A stretch of 64,000 nt of DNA from an uncultured archaeon (lineage in GTDB: Archaea > Asgardarchaeota > Lokiarchaeia > Sigyniarchaeales > SOKP01), in NCBI GenBank assembly GCA_964508365.1, contig CAZDTP010000007.1, positions 1 to 64,000 on the forward strand, written 5' to 3'. Below are positions 1-9,951 of this stretch, in pieces (position 1 is the first letter of the stretch; each line of letters starts with the position of its first letter). Both the position numbers and the translations under genes were made by a program. A model generated the notes under the pieces. That model was not told the origin of the DNA, searched no databases, and saw nothing but the letters and a program-made list of their open reading frames with translations.

Positions 1-760
1 TAATTAGATTTCTTAAAATTTTTACGATCTCTCTTTTTCTATCTTCATCAATTGCATAAACAAAGTATTCAGAGGGAATTCTGGCAATTGAATACAACTG
101 AACCATATCAGGTTCAATCTTAGCTATTAACTCTGCTAGTTGCTTAATATTTTCGGGATTATTGTTAGAATGAAAATTTTTATTGTAAGAATTAGAAATT
201 AGGCATTGGATTGCTAATTTCTTATCTGGCATATCTTTTCTTAACTTCATTAAAGATTCAACGATTCTTTTTGTATCAGGACAGTCAGTATGTGGTCTAT
301 TTGTCTGTTTTAAATCTTCATCGGTTGCAGCGTCTAATTTTGCCAGCACAAGATCAAAATGCTTTACTCTATCGCGAATCTCATCAATATATAGGGTGCT
401 GGAATTAGTAAAAAGCGTAAGTAGAGGTGGTGTCCCTGTCCATTTCAATTCATTTCTAACATCAAAAGCTATTTTGTAGAAATCTAATAAATTATCATTT
501 AAACTGGGTTCTCCATTATAACCGAAAGTTATTGAGTCTAAATGCGGAACATATTTTAATATATCTTTAAGTTCCTTTCTAAAATTTGACGAAGGAGGGG
601 CAATAATCCTATATTCTGGGGAAACTACGTGATATGTCGGACCGATTTCACAATATACACAATTATAGGAGCACAATTTATAATTAGGTAAGATATCTAC
701 CCCGAGTGAGACCCCTAATCTTCTCGAATTAAACGGACCATAAGTATATTCTCTTGGCAT
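1..760 (-). CDS. Radical SAM Fe-S oxidoreductase (COG0731/TYW1-like family), 3' end runs off the window
   Basis: Not in the ORF track. Manual translation from ATG at 760 gives MPREYTYGPFNSRRLGVSLGVDILPNYKLCSYNCVYCEIG..., with a CxxxCxxC SAM-cluster motif and ITFGYNGEPSL, open to position 1. Confidence 0.85.
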   Translation of the reverse strand, partial: MPREYTYGPFNSRRLGVSLGVDILPNYKLCSYNCVYCEIGPTYHVVSPEYRIIAPPSSNFRKELKDILKYVPHLDSITFGYNGEPSLNDNLLDFYKIAFDVRNELKWTGTPPLLTLFTNSSTLYIDEIRDRVKHFDLVLAKLDAATDEDLKQTNRPHTDCPDTKRIVESLMKLRKDMPDKKLAIQCLISNSYNKNFHSNNNPENIKQLAELIAKIEPDMVQLYSIARIPSEYFVYAIDEDRKREIVKILRNLI

Positions 761-773
761 ATTCCTTGTATCG

Positions 774-1541
774 CTATAAATAATTACTAATGAAATTCTC
801 TATAGCTTGATTAACCTCGTTTGGCTTTTCGAGCATAACCATGTGTCCAGCTTTGTTGATTATGTGGAGCGCTGAATTTTTGATTTTATCGTGAGAAAAT
901 TCCGAGTATTTAACAGGAGTTAATTGGTCCTGTTTCCCAACGATTATTAAACATGGAATTTCTATAGTATTTAGTTTGCTTAGAACGTCAAAACCATCGC
1001 AAATTTTAAAATCTTTATAAGTGACTTCCGGGCCGATTTTCGATGTTTCTTGAATATAGAGTTCTATTATTTCTTTTGAAGTCGTGCGATAGAATGCACC
1101 AACTGGTAGAAAATTCAAAAATTGGCGATAATTATTTTTTAAAGAATTCAGTATGAAAGGAGCAACTCTTAATTTTCCGCCTGTGCTGCATAGGATCAAA
1201 CCTGAAACTTCCTTAGGATATGTAAAATAATATTGTAGGCCAATTGCGCCTCCTAAAGAATGACCGCACAAAATTACACTCTTATAATTTAAAGAATTAA
1301 TTAACTGGTGAACTACATCGACATACAAGTTGAGCGATAAATCTGAAAAATTGTCTGATTTATCATGAGAGGGTAAATCCAATGCGACTATATCATAGTC
1401 AATATCTAAATGTAACTGATTTTTCCAGGTAGTTGAGTTTCCTCCCGATCCGTGAATAAATATAAGAGCTTTAGATTTTCCCGATTCCCTTACAATGTAA
1501 AAGATCTTCTTATTTTCAAATTCTAAATACATACTTATCAA
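774..1541 (-). CDS. Alpha/beta hydrolase (MhpC/MenH-like)
   Basis: FIHGSGG oxyanion motif, GHSLGG nucleophile elbow, GKQDQLTP Asp and AGHMV His. Confidence 0.9.
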   Translation of the reverse strand: MISMYLEFENKKIFYIVRESGKSKALIFIHGSGGNSTTWKNQLHLDIDYDIVALDLPSHDKSDNFSDLSLNLYVDVVHQLINSLNYKSVILCGHSLGGAIGLQYYFTYPKEVSGLILCSTGGKLRVAPFILNSLKNNYRQFLNFLPVGAFYRTTSKEIIELYIQETSKIGPEVTYKDFKICDGFDVLSKLNTIEIPCLIIVGKQDQLTPVKYSEFSHDKIKNSALHIINKAGHMVMLEKPNEVNQAIENFISNYL

Positions 1542-1653
1542 TCAAAAACAAAATAATTGATGTTACATAATAAAAAGAAATGGTGGTTAAATTAGATTTA
1601 TCAAATTACTAATCGTTGATAAAAAAATCAAGATGAAAAAATATTATATTGAA

Positions 1654-4203
1654 TTATTTTTGGAACTCAAAATCTCGATGCTGCATTTCCAACAACCGCT
1701 TGTACTTGCCATTTAATTCGAGTAAAGATTCGTGGGTTCCCTGTTCTATTATACCTTTTTTATCTGCGCTTAGTACAATTATGTGGTCTGCATTTTTTAT
1801 TGTAGAGAGTCTATGTGCGATAATTATTGTTGTTCTACCCTTTCGAGCTTTATCTAAAGCATCTTGGATCAATGTTTCAGTATAAGGATCCACGGAAGAG
1901 GTTGCTTCGTCGAGAATTAAAATCTTAGGATCCTTTATTAAAGCTCGAGCAAAAGCTATTAATTGACGCTGTCCAATTGATATATTAGAAGCATTTTCTT
2001 TAAGTTTCGTATCGTACTTCTTATGTAATGCTTCAATGAAATTGTGCAAACCGAGAAATTTCGATACCTCAATCATTTTGTTTTCTATTTCTGGTGTAGG
2101 ATTATCGAATGCATAAAGTAAATTTTCTCTTATTGTCCCTGTAAATAGAAACGCATCTTGTGGTACTAAGCCAATCAAGTTTCGAAGATCTTTCTTAGTG
2201 ATCTCCCTGATATCGATATTGTCAAGAGTTATTTCTCCACTGGTTACATCATAAAATCGAGAAATCAATTTGGTTATAGTTGTTTTGCCAGCACCCGTTT
2301 CTCCTACGATAGCCATAGTTTTACCTGAAGGAATATCTAAATCTAAATTCTTTAGCACATAACCCTTTGATTGTTCGTGCTGAATTATCCTCTTCTCTTC
2401 ATCTAATGCTTCCCTAACTATTTTGGGAATTTGCTCGTATACTTCTTTTTTAATTTTGACTGTTGCTAGAGTTCTAAGCATGGATTGAGGCGACATTTGT
2501 GGCATAGCTCCACCCATCATTCCACCACCTTCACCCATTTCACTACTTGAAGATGGAATTGCAGGTTTACTTTTCAAATTCTTCTCAAGAAATTTGGTCA
2601 TTTTTAAGATTGCTTCAGGGGGTAGAGCTGGAATTGGAGAAGGTTCTTCTTGATTAGCATTCAAATCACCTTGTTTAAAAGAAGTCTGCAACTCCGGATG
2701 ATTGTTAGCATTCTCCGTGCCGGGGACAGCGTAATTAAATTCGGCTAAAATAGTATCAATTAGTTTTGGAGCTTCAGAAGGATTTTGATTCATGAGACTC
2801 ATAAATAATTGCTGTCTAATATTTTGAGGCATGAGCATGACATTCTTCATCATAAAAGAAGAATATGGCTCTGGAAGTGCCTTCATAAAATCCATTGCAC
2901 GCTTCATCATCTGTCTCATCATTGGGTTATCCGGTAAACCTGGAAGTCCTGATTGTTCCGGGGGTCTCATATCCTTTGGTTCAATTTGAGCTGACTCTGA
3001 TTTTAAATTGATGTTTTTCCCATTTTCTAATGTATAACCAAAATTCACAGAATCAAATTTAATCTCACCAAGGATATTTTCAAGGCGTTTAGGGTTTTCA
3101 GTATCGGGAATTTCGACTTTTTCTTCGAGAAGCGTATATATTCTGTCGCTCGCTGCTAGTGCTGACGCGATCATTTCTTGAATTTGCATTAATGACATAA
3201 AAGGTCTAAAGAATTGACCCAAAATGCTAATGAATGCGCTTAAAACACCTACAGAAACTTTAATACCAAAAACAGAAACATTTCCTAGGACTGCGAAACC
3301 TCCAGCTACTAATATACCAGCGGTTATCACCGTTGTTACAAGATTAATTAAAGGAAAAATAGTAGCCATAAATCTCCTTATTTTTATCATTGCGTTATAA
3401 TTAGCAGTATTTGCTTTATCGAATTCTGTAGAGGCTTTTTTTTCTTGTCCATATGCTTGAACAACCTTCGCTCCTGCGATATTCTCCTGGATTGAGGAGG
3501 TTACCTTACCAATTGTTTTTCTTGATTCCTTAAAAAGCCCCATTGCTACCTTCCTAAATAAATACGTGAATAGAAAGAAAACCGGAAAAATTACTAAAGA
3601 AAGTAGAGCTAGATAGGGATTGAGGAAAAACATTACGAAGATTGTAAGAACCAAACTAACAACACTCGTTATAATTGATACAAACTGACCTCCAACTAAT
3701 TGATTTAGCTGAGTCACATCGTTGGTTGTTATAGACATTATATCTCCCGATGACCGTTTGTCAAAATAACTCAAAGACATATCTTGAAGTTTATAAAATA
3801 GGTCATTTCTAACTTCAAAAGTTATTTTTTGCGATATTTTCCCCATACCATACATAGCAAAGTATGTAGTAATCGCCATGAATACAAGTAAAGAGAAGTA
3901 GACGGTACTCATAAAAATAATATACGCACTATCTTTTGCTAGAATACCGTAGTCTACTATATTTGCTGAAATAATCGGACTTATTGATGAAACAAGTGTT
4001 CCGATTAGTAACAAGATTAGTAAGATTACAAATTTCCACTTATAACGACCCAAATACGAAAAAAGCCATTTCCATAACTCGCGTCGGGGGTGTTCTAATT
4101 TAGATTTTCCACTACCCATCATTGGCGGCCCATGACGCATGCCAACGCTTGGTTGAATAATTTCATTTTCTTCTTTTTTATCTTCCCGATTATTGCTCAT
4201 CAT
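1654..4203 (-). CDS. Heterodimeric ABC exporter subunit (TMD+NBD, consensus half) with a 224-aa insertion in the NBD
   Basis: Six-TM ABC membrane domain, Walker A GETGAGKT, signature ISIGQRQ, Walker B LILDEATS, H-loop IAHRLS. Start placed at ATG 4203/4200 because of the GGAGG SD at 4209-4213 and overlap with the upstream gene. Confidence 0.9.
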   Translation of the reverse strand: MMSNNREDKKEENEIIQPSVGMRHGPPMMGSGKSKLEHPRRELWKWLFSYLGRYKWKFVILLILLLIGTLVSSISPIISANIVDYGILAKDSAYIIFMSTVYFSLLVFMAITTYFAMYGMGKISQKITFEVRNDLFYKLQDMSLSYFDKRSSGDIMSITTNDVTQLNQLVGGQFVSIITSVVSLVLTIFVMFFLNPYLALLSLVIFPVFFLFTYLFRKVAMGLFKESRKTIGKVTSSIQENIAGAKVVQAYGQEKKASTEFDKANTANYNAMIKIRRFMATIFPLINLVTTVITAGILVAGGFAVLGNVSVFGIKVSVGVLSAFISILGQFFRPFMSLMQIQEMIASALAASDRIYTLLEEKVEIPDTENPKRLENILGEIKFDSVNFGYTLENGKNINLKSESAQIEPKDMRPPEQSGLPGLPDNPMMRQMMKRAMDFMKALPEPYSSFMMKNVMLMPQNIRQQLFMSLMNQNPSEAPKLIDTILAEFNYAVPGTENANNHPELQTSFKQGDLNANQEEPSPIPALPPEAILKMTKFLEKNLKSKPAIPSSSSEMGEGGGMMGGAMPQMSPQSMLRTLATVKIKKEVYEQIPKIVREALDEEKRIIQHEQSKGYVLKNLDLDIPSGKTMAIVGETGAGKTTITKLISRFYDVTSGEITLDNIDIREITKKDLRNLIGLVPQDAFLFTGTIRENLLYAFDNPTPEIENKMIEVSKFLGLHNFIEALHKKYDTKLKENASNISIGQRQLIAFARALIKDPKILILDEATSSVDPYTETLIQDALDKARKGRTTIIIAHRLSTIKNADHIIVLSADKKGIIEQGTHESLLELNGKYKRLLEMQHRDFEFQK

Positions 4204-5935
4204 ATTCTCCTCCCTTCGATTTTTGTTTTTGATACAACGTCTCAAATATTTGTTTATATAACACATTCGATTTTACTAAATCTTCGTGATTGCCTAATCC
4301 AACCACACGACCTCTATCTAAGATTAATATTAAGTCCGCGTTACGAATTGTTGATATACGCTGGGTTATAATTATGGTTGTTGTTTCTTTCATTATTCTC
4401 ATTAGAGCTTCTTGAATCTTAAATTCCGTTTCTACATCAACCGAACTAGTTGAGTCATCAAAAATCAGGATCTTAGGTTTCACAATTAGAGCCCGGGCAA
4501 TAGATAATCGTTGTTTCTGTCCTCCTGACAATCTAGTTCCTCTTTCTCCTACTAATGAATTATAGCCGTTTGGTAAACCCATAATAAAATCGTGTAGTTC
4601 TGCAATTTTAGCGGCTTCTACGATGTCCTCATATTTTGCATCTTCCTTACCATACGCAATATTATCTGCAATACTTTTATTAAATAAGTAAGTTTCTTGG
4701 GAGACTAATCCAATGTTTCTTCGTAAATCTTTCAGTACATATTTATCTATGCTAACACCATCGATAATAATAGAGCCCTCATTGATTTCGTAAAACCGTG
4801 GGATCAAGTTTATAATTGTTGATTTACCTGAGCCGGTTGTTCCTAGTATTGCTAACTTCTTTCCTTCCGGGATTTTAAAGGATACATCCTTTAATATTCT
4901 ATGTTCGGAGGTGTAACCAAAAGAAACATTTTCAAAAACAATTTCACCCTTCATTGATTCTATTGATATTGCGTCAGGAGAATCCTCAATTTCTGGTGCA
5001 GAATCAAGAATCTCCCTCACGCGCGTAAGTGCAGCATCAGCTTGCACATAAACTAACATTATTTGTCCTAACATCACTAAGGGGAACCCAAGTGAAGCTA
5101 TATATGATATCAATGTTATGATTACATTTAATGCCATTTTACCCTCAATATACCACAATCCACCTAGGAAAAAAGTAAGAATTATCATGAAACCTATTAC
5201 TACATATACAAGAGGCATATATAAGGAGTTAAATTTAACGGAATCAACACTAGCTTTGTAGAATCTTGTATTACTTTCTTGGAACTTATGCATTTCTTTA
5301 TCTTGTGTGCTAAACATCCTAACAACCTCCGCTCCAACGATGTTTTCTCTTATTGTATTAGTTAAATCGCCAAAACTTTCGCGAGTTTCCAGAAAAATCG
5401 GCTTTAGCTTTTTCGCGATGAAATAAGATACAGTTAGAGACCCTCCAAATGCAATTATTAAAAATATCGATAGTTCGAAACTAAAAAAGAGAAAACCTAC
5501 CAATACGCCTCCCAATTGAAGAATAGATTGCAATCCCATAATTAATCCCATACCAAAAATCATTTGAGTCTCCTCAATATCGCTTGTAGCTCTTGAAATT
5601 AATTGACCCGTTTCTGTCTTATCAAAAAACGAAAAAGATTGGCGATATATTGCATTACTAATATCTGTTCGCAAATGGTATATCGCTCTTGCCGATACTT
5701 CGGCACCTTTAAGCCTGCCAGCCCGGTTGGTAAAATATACCAAAAAAGCGAAAACTAACACGAGTAAGAAATTTATTAATAACTCGTTAATATTAACTAA
5801 TGCTCCAACTAATCTTCCTATAAATATAGGAATAAACGTGTAAAAAATCGTCGATAATATGAGATATAACAATTGGAAAATGAAATCTTTTTTCGATCGT
5901 GCCCAATATTTAATTATCATTTGCATTGAATTCAT
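4190..5935 (-). CDS. Heterodimeric ABC exporter subunit (TMD+NBD, degenerate half)
   Basis: GTTGSGKS, LSGGQKQR, Walker B IFDDSTS and switch ITQRIS (D for E, Q for H), the TM287/TmrB-type degenerate pattern. Confidence 0.92.
   Translation of the reverse strand: MNSMQMIIKYWARSKKDFIFQLLYLILSTIFYTFIPIFIGRLVGALVNINELLINFLLVLVFAFLVYFTNRAGRLKGAEVSARAIYHLRTDISNAIYRQSFSFFDKTETGQLISRATSDIEETQMIFGMGLIMGLQSILQLGGVLVGFLFFSFELSIFLIIAFGGSLTVSYFIAKKLKPIFLETRESFGDLTNTIRENIVGAEVVRMFSTQDKEMHKFQESNTRFYKASVDSVKFNSLYMPLVYVVIGFMIILTFFLGGLWYIEGKMALNVIITLISYIASLGFPLVMLGQIMLVYVQADAALTRVREILDSAPEIEDSPDAISIESMKGEIVFENVSFGYTSEHRILKDVSFKIPEGKKLAILGTTGSGKSTIINLIPRFYEINEGSIIIDGVSIDKYVLKDLRRNIGLVSQETYLFNKSIADNIAYGKEDAKYEDIVEAAKIAELHDFIMGLPNGYNSLVGERGTRLSGGQKQRLSIARALIVKPKILIFDDSTSSVDVETEFKIQEALMRIMKETTTIIITQRISTIRNADLILILDRGRVVGLGNHEDLVKSNVLYKQIFETLYQKQKSKGGEYDEQ
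4209..4213 (-). promoter_or_regulatory. Shine-Dalgarno GGAGG for the second ABC subunit
   Basis: Minus strand reads gggaggagaatATGATG, embedded in the 3' end of the upstream gene. Confidence 0.65.
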
Positions 5936-5942
5936 GGATATC

Positions 5943-6497
5943 CTATACCTCTGTTTGTATATTATTTAATTTCTGTAGTTTAACTTTTTCCTTTCTTATT
6001 TTTAATAAAATTTCTTTCACATCTTTTTCCATATAGGTCAAAATATTAATTTTTTCTTTATTAGGAATATCTTTTTGCATTATATACTCAACCGGACTAG
6101 ACCATACACTAAAAGTCGCATCCTTAAGAAATTTCTCATGGTCAAATTCGATGCTACTTTCCGGGAATCTATATTTAATAAATTCAAAAATTTTTCCAAT
6201 TTTTTCACGAAGATCTAATAATTTGCTTTCACCTTTATCGGTTAAGAAGTAAAGGTGTTTAGGTCGTCCGGTATCTTTACTTACATCATCTTTTATTGAC
6301 AGAAAACCTTCTTCTGCTAATTCCTTCATCATTCGATATACTTTCGAATGTGGAATGTTTCCAAACTTCTTCAAATCGTAGTAAGTTAAACCTTCTGGAA
6401 AATCTTTTATTGTATTGAACATAAAAAGCGTTTTTAATTCCTCTGAGAATTCTATGAAAAATTTAAACCCTTTAGGCCACATTTTTGTAGAAAACAA
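5943..6497 (-). CDS. PadR-family winged-helix transcriptional regulator heading the ABC operon
   Basis: GLTYYDL...HSKVYRMMKELAEEGFL...GRPKHLYFLTDKG wing motif; 7-nt gap to the ABC gene. Confidence 0.8.
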   Translation of the reverse strand: MFSTKMWPKGFKFFIEFSEELKTLFMFNTIKDFPEGLTYYDLKKFGNIPHSKVYRMMKELAEEGFLSIKDDVSKDTGRPKHLYFLTDKGESKLLDLREKIGKIFEFIKYRFPESSIEFDHEKFLKDATFSVWSSPVEYIMQKDIPNKEKINILTYMEKDVKEILLKIRKEKVKLQKLNNIQTEV

Positions 6498-6651
6498 TAA
6501 ATAAAGAAATTCTTTTCAAAATGAAATATTATGAAAGGCTAAATAGTCTTTAATTTATAATTTTTTTCATTTTGAAATATTAATATTTTTATGAAATCTT
6601 TTTATAATTAATCGCGATTATTTATATTAAAATTATATTTAAAAGATTAAA

Positions 6652-7980
6652 ATGACTGAAGTTTTTATATCAGATACAAAAATGGGTGTTAGTAAGGCTG
6701 TAAATGAGATATTTTCGAATTTAATGAAATCCGGACCAATCTTAAAAAGTTCAAAAGAAGTGTATATTAAGGTAAATGGAATCGATTTCAAAAAACATGC
6801 CTATACATCACCAGAAGTACTTAAAGAAGTTATTAAATATTTAAGGGATAAAGATGCCAAGATTTTTGTAATGGAGAATTCTACTCAAGCAAACATGACT
6901 CGAATTGTATTTGCAATCAACGGCTTTAAAGACGTATGTGATGAAACTGGCGCAAACATAGTATACTTAGACGAAGAGGATACGGAAACTTTTGAATTTA
7001 AGGGGAAACCTTCTGCAGAAGATACATCTAAGGGATATAACTTAAAAACTTTTAGATTGCCTAAAACTATCGTTAAAATCATGAAAAATAGGGATTTAAT
7101 AACTTATATAAATCTTCCTAAACTTAAAACTCATTCAATGGCAGGAGTAACGCTCGGAATAAAAAATCAATGGGGATTTCCACAACATGCTGATCGAGGG
7201 AAAGATCATAACTATAATCTACATTCAAAATTAGTAGATGTTTATGAATATATTAAACCAGACATAACGATTATTGATGGAATTGAGGGTACAATTCATG
7301 GACATTACCCTCCTACCGCATGGGAAGATCTTCTTGTCATACCATTTAATGTTTTAATTGGTGGAAGAGATACATTAGCCGTTGATGTTGTTGGGGCTAG
7401 GATTTTTGGTCTAACATTAGACGATGTTCCTCACCTTAAAATAGCTTATGAACGAGGTTTAGGGGAGGGTGGTTTAAATAAGATTAATGTAATCGGGAAA
7501 GATTTGAACGATTATAAAGAGAAATATGATTGGGATTTACTCCAGAAGTTCCCTGAAGATGTAAAAATTATCAAAGGTAAGGAGATGTTGTGTAGAGAGG
7601 GCTGTCAAAACAACCCATTGGTGACATTACAAGTATTTGCTTACGACCACAAAGAAAAATTTAAGGGAGGCTGGTTTATCGTCATGGGTAAAGGTCATGA
7701 CGAGGGTATTGTGGAACAATTGAAGAAAGAAGGATATACTAAAGGTCTTGTAGCAGGATATTGTGCGATTAATGAAGTTGGTGAAAAGCTCAGAACTGAA
7801 TTTGGTAAAAGGAAAGTATTTTTTTCAGGTGATTGTAACAACCTAGCCGATACAGTAAAGGCTGAACTTAAATTATCTGGGCTAACTGTTTTTGATTTAG
7901 TTTCTCTTTCAACTGAGGAGTTAATGTCACTTATTGATTCTGCTAAAGAACATGGGAGTACTGCACTAGTACCATTATAA
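6652..7980 (+). CDS. DUF362-domain Fe-S protein
   Basis: VYIKVNG, INLPKLKTHSMAGVTLGIKNQWG, TIIDGIEG, DTLAVDVVGARIFG; C-terminal CREGC, YC and GDC cysteines. Confidence 0.8.
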   Translation: MTEVFISDTKMGVSKAVNEIFSNLMKSGPILKSSKEVYIKVNGIDFKKHAYTSPEVLKEVIKYLRDKDAKIFVMENSTQANMTRIVFAINGFKDVCDETGANIVYLDEEDTETFEFKGKPSAEDTSKGYNLKTFRLPKTIVKIMKNRDLITYINLPKLKTHSMAGVTLGIKNQWGFPQHADRGKDHNYNLHSKLVDVYEYIKPDITIIDGIEGTIHGHYPPTAWEDLLVIPFNVLIGGRDTLAVDVVGARIFGLTLDDVPHLKIAYERGLGEGGLNKINVIGKDLNDYKEKYDWDLLQKFPEDVKIIKGKEMLCREGCQNNPLVTLQVFAYDHKEKFKGGWFIVMGKGHDEGIVEQLKKEGYTKGLVAGYCAINEVGEKLRTEFGKRKVFFSGDCNNLADTVKAELKLSGLTVFDLVSLSTEELMSLIDSAKEHGSTALVPL

Positions 7981-8438
7981 TGCTTAAATTATAGATCATA
8001 TTAATCTAATGTTAATTATGAGCTTTAATTCAGTAGAGCTATGGTTGTGTTTACTAGCACCTCTCTCTATTATACTATTTTATAAACAATCAAAATATCT
8101 TGAGAAGAGAATTAATACACAAATATGATCTCTTAGCTAAAGAATACCATCTTAGAGAAAACTCAGAAATTTATCAAAACCTTTCTATAGAAGTAATGGA
8201 AATGCTTACGTTGAGACTTACAATGCTTAGTTTAATGGAATATGTATCGGACGAATCGTTTGAATCAATACCTATAAATTAAATTGTCTATCCTTATGCT
8301 CTTCGGGTTCTTCAGAATTTTACAATGAATTTTTATTTTTTCTTAAAGATTATTGAAATTTATTAATTTTTCGATAGGTAAATTATTAAATATCAATTTT
8401 GATATTATATTTAAAAAAATCAATTATTTACTCCTAGT

Positions 8439-9920
8439 GTGAGAAAATTGGAAGAAAACGATGAACCTTTAACCCCCGAAGAAATAGAGAAACAAAAGAA
8501 GATCGTTGATGACCTATATAGAAAAGAAAAAGAAGATAGAGAAATCTATTTCAAAAACTTCGAGGAGGAACGAAAAGTTGCTTTTGAAGAGAGTAAAAAT
8601 CTTATTTCCTCATCAATCTCAGAGAAAAGTTTCATGAGAGAAAAACAAAGAGAACAAGATTTAATAAGAATGGAGATTAAGCCTGAAATCGAAAAAGCTG
8701 GTGAAGCGATTGAAAAAACCATAAGTGAAAAAGCTTTTATGAGAGAGAAACAAAGAGAAGAAGATCATATCAGGATCGATCTAAAACCGGATATTAGAGG
8801 TGTAGGTGAAGCAATAAGTAAGACTATTGACGATAAGGCTTTTTTAATTGGAAAAAGGAGAGAATCTGACGAACACAGAATGAAGATCAAACCTAACATT
8901 GAACAGACAGGAGAGGTAATCAGTAAAAATATTGACGAAAAAGCTTTTTTAATAGAAAAAAAGAAGGAGAGCGCTTCGGTATTGCTAGATTTAAAACCGG
9001 ACAGACAAACTGCTAGCAGTGCAATTAGTAAATCCATAGAGGAGAAGTCTTTCTTAAGAGAAAAACAAAGAGAAAGCGATCTCAGTAGAATGCAGATCAA
9101 ACCAGACTTTCTGAAAACGGGTGAAGCAATAAGTAAAACAATTGCCGAAAAAGCTTTTAGAATTGAGAAAAAAAAAGAGACCGAACAAAAAAAAAGGGAA
9201 ATACATCCAGATATTGAAGGTAAAGGAGAGGCAATAAAAACAACGATTAACGAAAAAGCATTTAGGATTGATATGCAAAAAGATAAAGAACGAAAAATTA
9301 AAGAGATGAAACCGGATATCAGCAAAGCCGGAGAATCCATTGCCCAATCTATTGGAACAAAAGCTTTTCTACGCGAAACGCAAAGAGAAAAGGATTATGA
9401 GAGAAAAGACTTGAAACCAGATTTTTTAAAAACTGGAGACGCTATTAGCACTACAATAGCTGAAAAAGCTTTTAGAATGGAAAAAAGTCGCGAAATTGAC
9501 GAAAAAAAACGTGAATTAAAACCTGATATAAAAAAAACCGCAGAAATAATTAGCAAATCTATAGAAGAAAAAGCCTTTTTAAGAGAAAAGCACAGAACCG
9601 AGGATTCTAAACGGATGGAAATAAAACCAGACGTAACAAAAGCGAGTCAAGCTATTAAATCTTCAATTGACGAAAAAGCGTTTAGAATTGAGAAGCAAAA
9701 AGAGATGGACCTGAAAAGAATGGAATTAAAACCTGACTTTGAGAAATCTAGTGAAGCTATTCAAAAAACAATTGGGGAAAAAGCATTTATTATTGAAAAA
9801 CAAAAAATACGTGATTCGGAACTAAAGGAACTTAAACCAGATATTAAAGGTATTGGTTCTTTAATCGAAGGTAAAATTGAAAAAATTGAACGGAAGAAAA
9901 AGGACGAGAATACTACTTAA
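8439..9920 (+). CDS. Uncharacterised charged protein made of about 12.5 tandem 35-aa repeats
   Basis: KPD-x4-GEAI-x-K[TS]I-x-EKAF recurs with exact 35-residue spacing from aa 46 to about 480; no TM segment or signal peptide. Confidence 0.85.
   Translation: MRKLEENDEPLTPEEIEKQKKIVDDLYRKEKEDREIYFKNFEEERKVAFEESKNLISSSISEKSFMREKQREQDLIRMEIKPEIEKAGEAIEKTISEKAFMREKQREEDHIRIDLKPDIRGVGEAISKTIDDKAFLIGKRRESDEHRMKIKPNIEQTGEVISKNIDEKAFLIEKKKESASVLLDLKPDRQTASSAISKSIEEKSFLREKQRESDLSRMQIKPDFLKTGEAISKTIAEKAFRIEKKKETEQKKREIHPDIEGKGEAIKTTINEKAFRIDMQKDKERKIKEMKPDISKAGESIAQSIGTKAFLRETQREKDYERKDLKPDFLKTGDAISTTIAEKAFRMEKSREIDEKKRELKPDIKKTAEIISKSIEEKAFLREKHRTEDSKRMEIKPDVTKASQAIKSSIDEKAFRIEKQKEMDLKRMELKPDFEKSSEAIQKTIGEKAFIIEKQKIRDSELKELKPDIKGIGSLIEGKIEKIERKKKDENTT
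8574..9878 (+). repeat. In-frame 105-bp tandem repeat array (about 12.5 units, synonymously diverged)
   Basis: gaaaaagcttt-like cores and aaaccnga cores recur every 105 nt with no indels. Confidence 0.9.
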
Positions 9921-9951
9921 AGGTTGAAATCTTCTATACTCTTATCTAAAG

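Noticed and set aside
2362-3033. Possible intein in the ABC NBD insertion
   Set aside because: No N-terminal Cys/Ser block A, no terminal His-Asn followed by Cys/Ser/Thr, and no LAGLIDADG motifs.
4204-4266. N-terminal extension MCYINKYL... of the 870-aa ORF
   Set aside because: It overlaps the upstream gene's C-terminus, and the SD at 4209-4213 points to ATG 4203/4200.
8100-8282. 60-aa ORF upstream of the repeat gene
   Set aside because: TTG start, no motif and no SD; cannot be distinguished from a chance ORF.
8765-9347. Antisense ORFs (191 aa and 97 aa) with apparent periodicity
   Set aside because: Shadows of the 105-bp repeat gene on the opposite strand.
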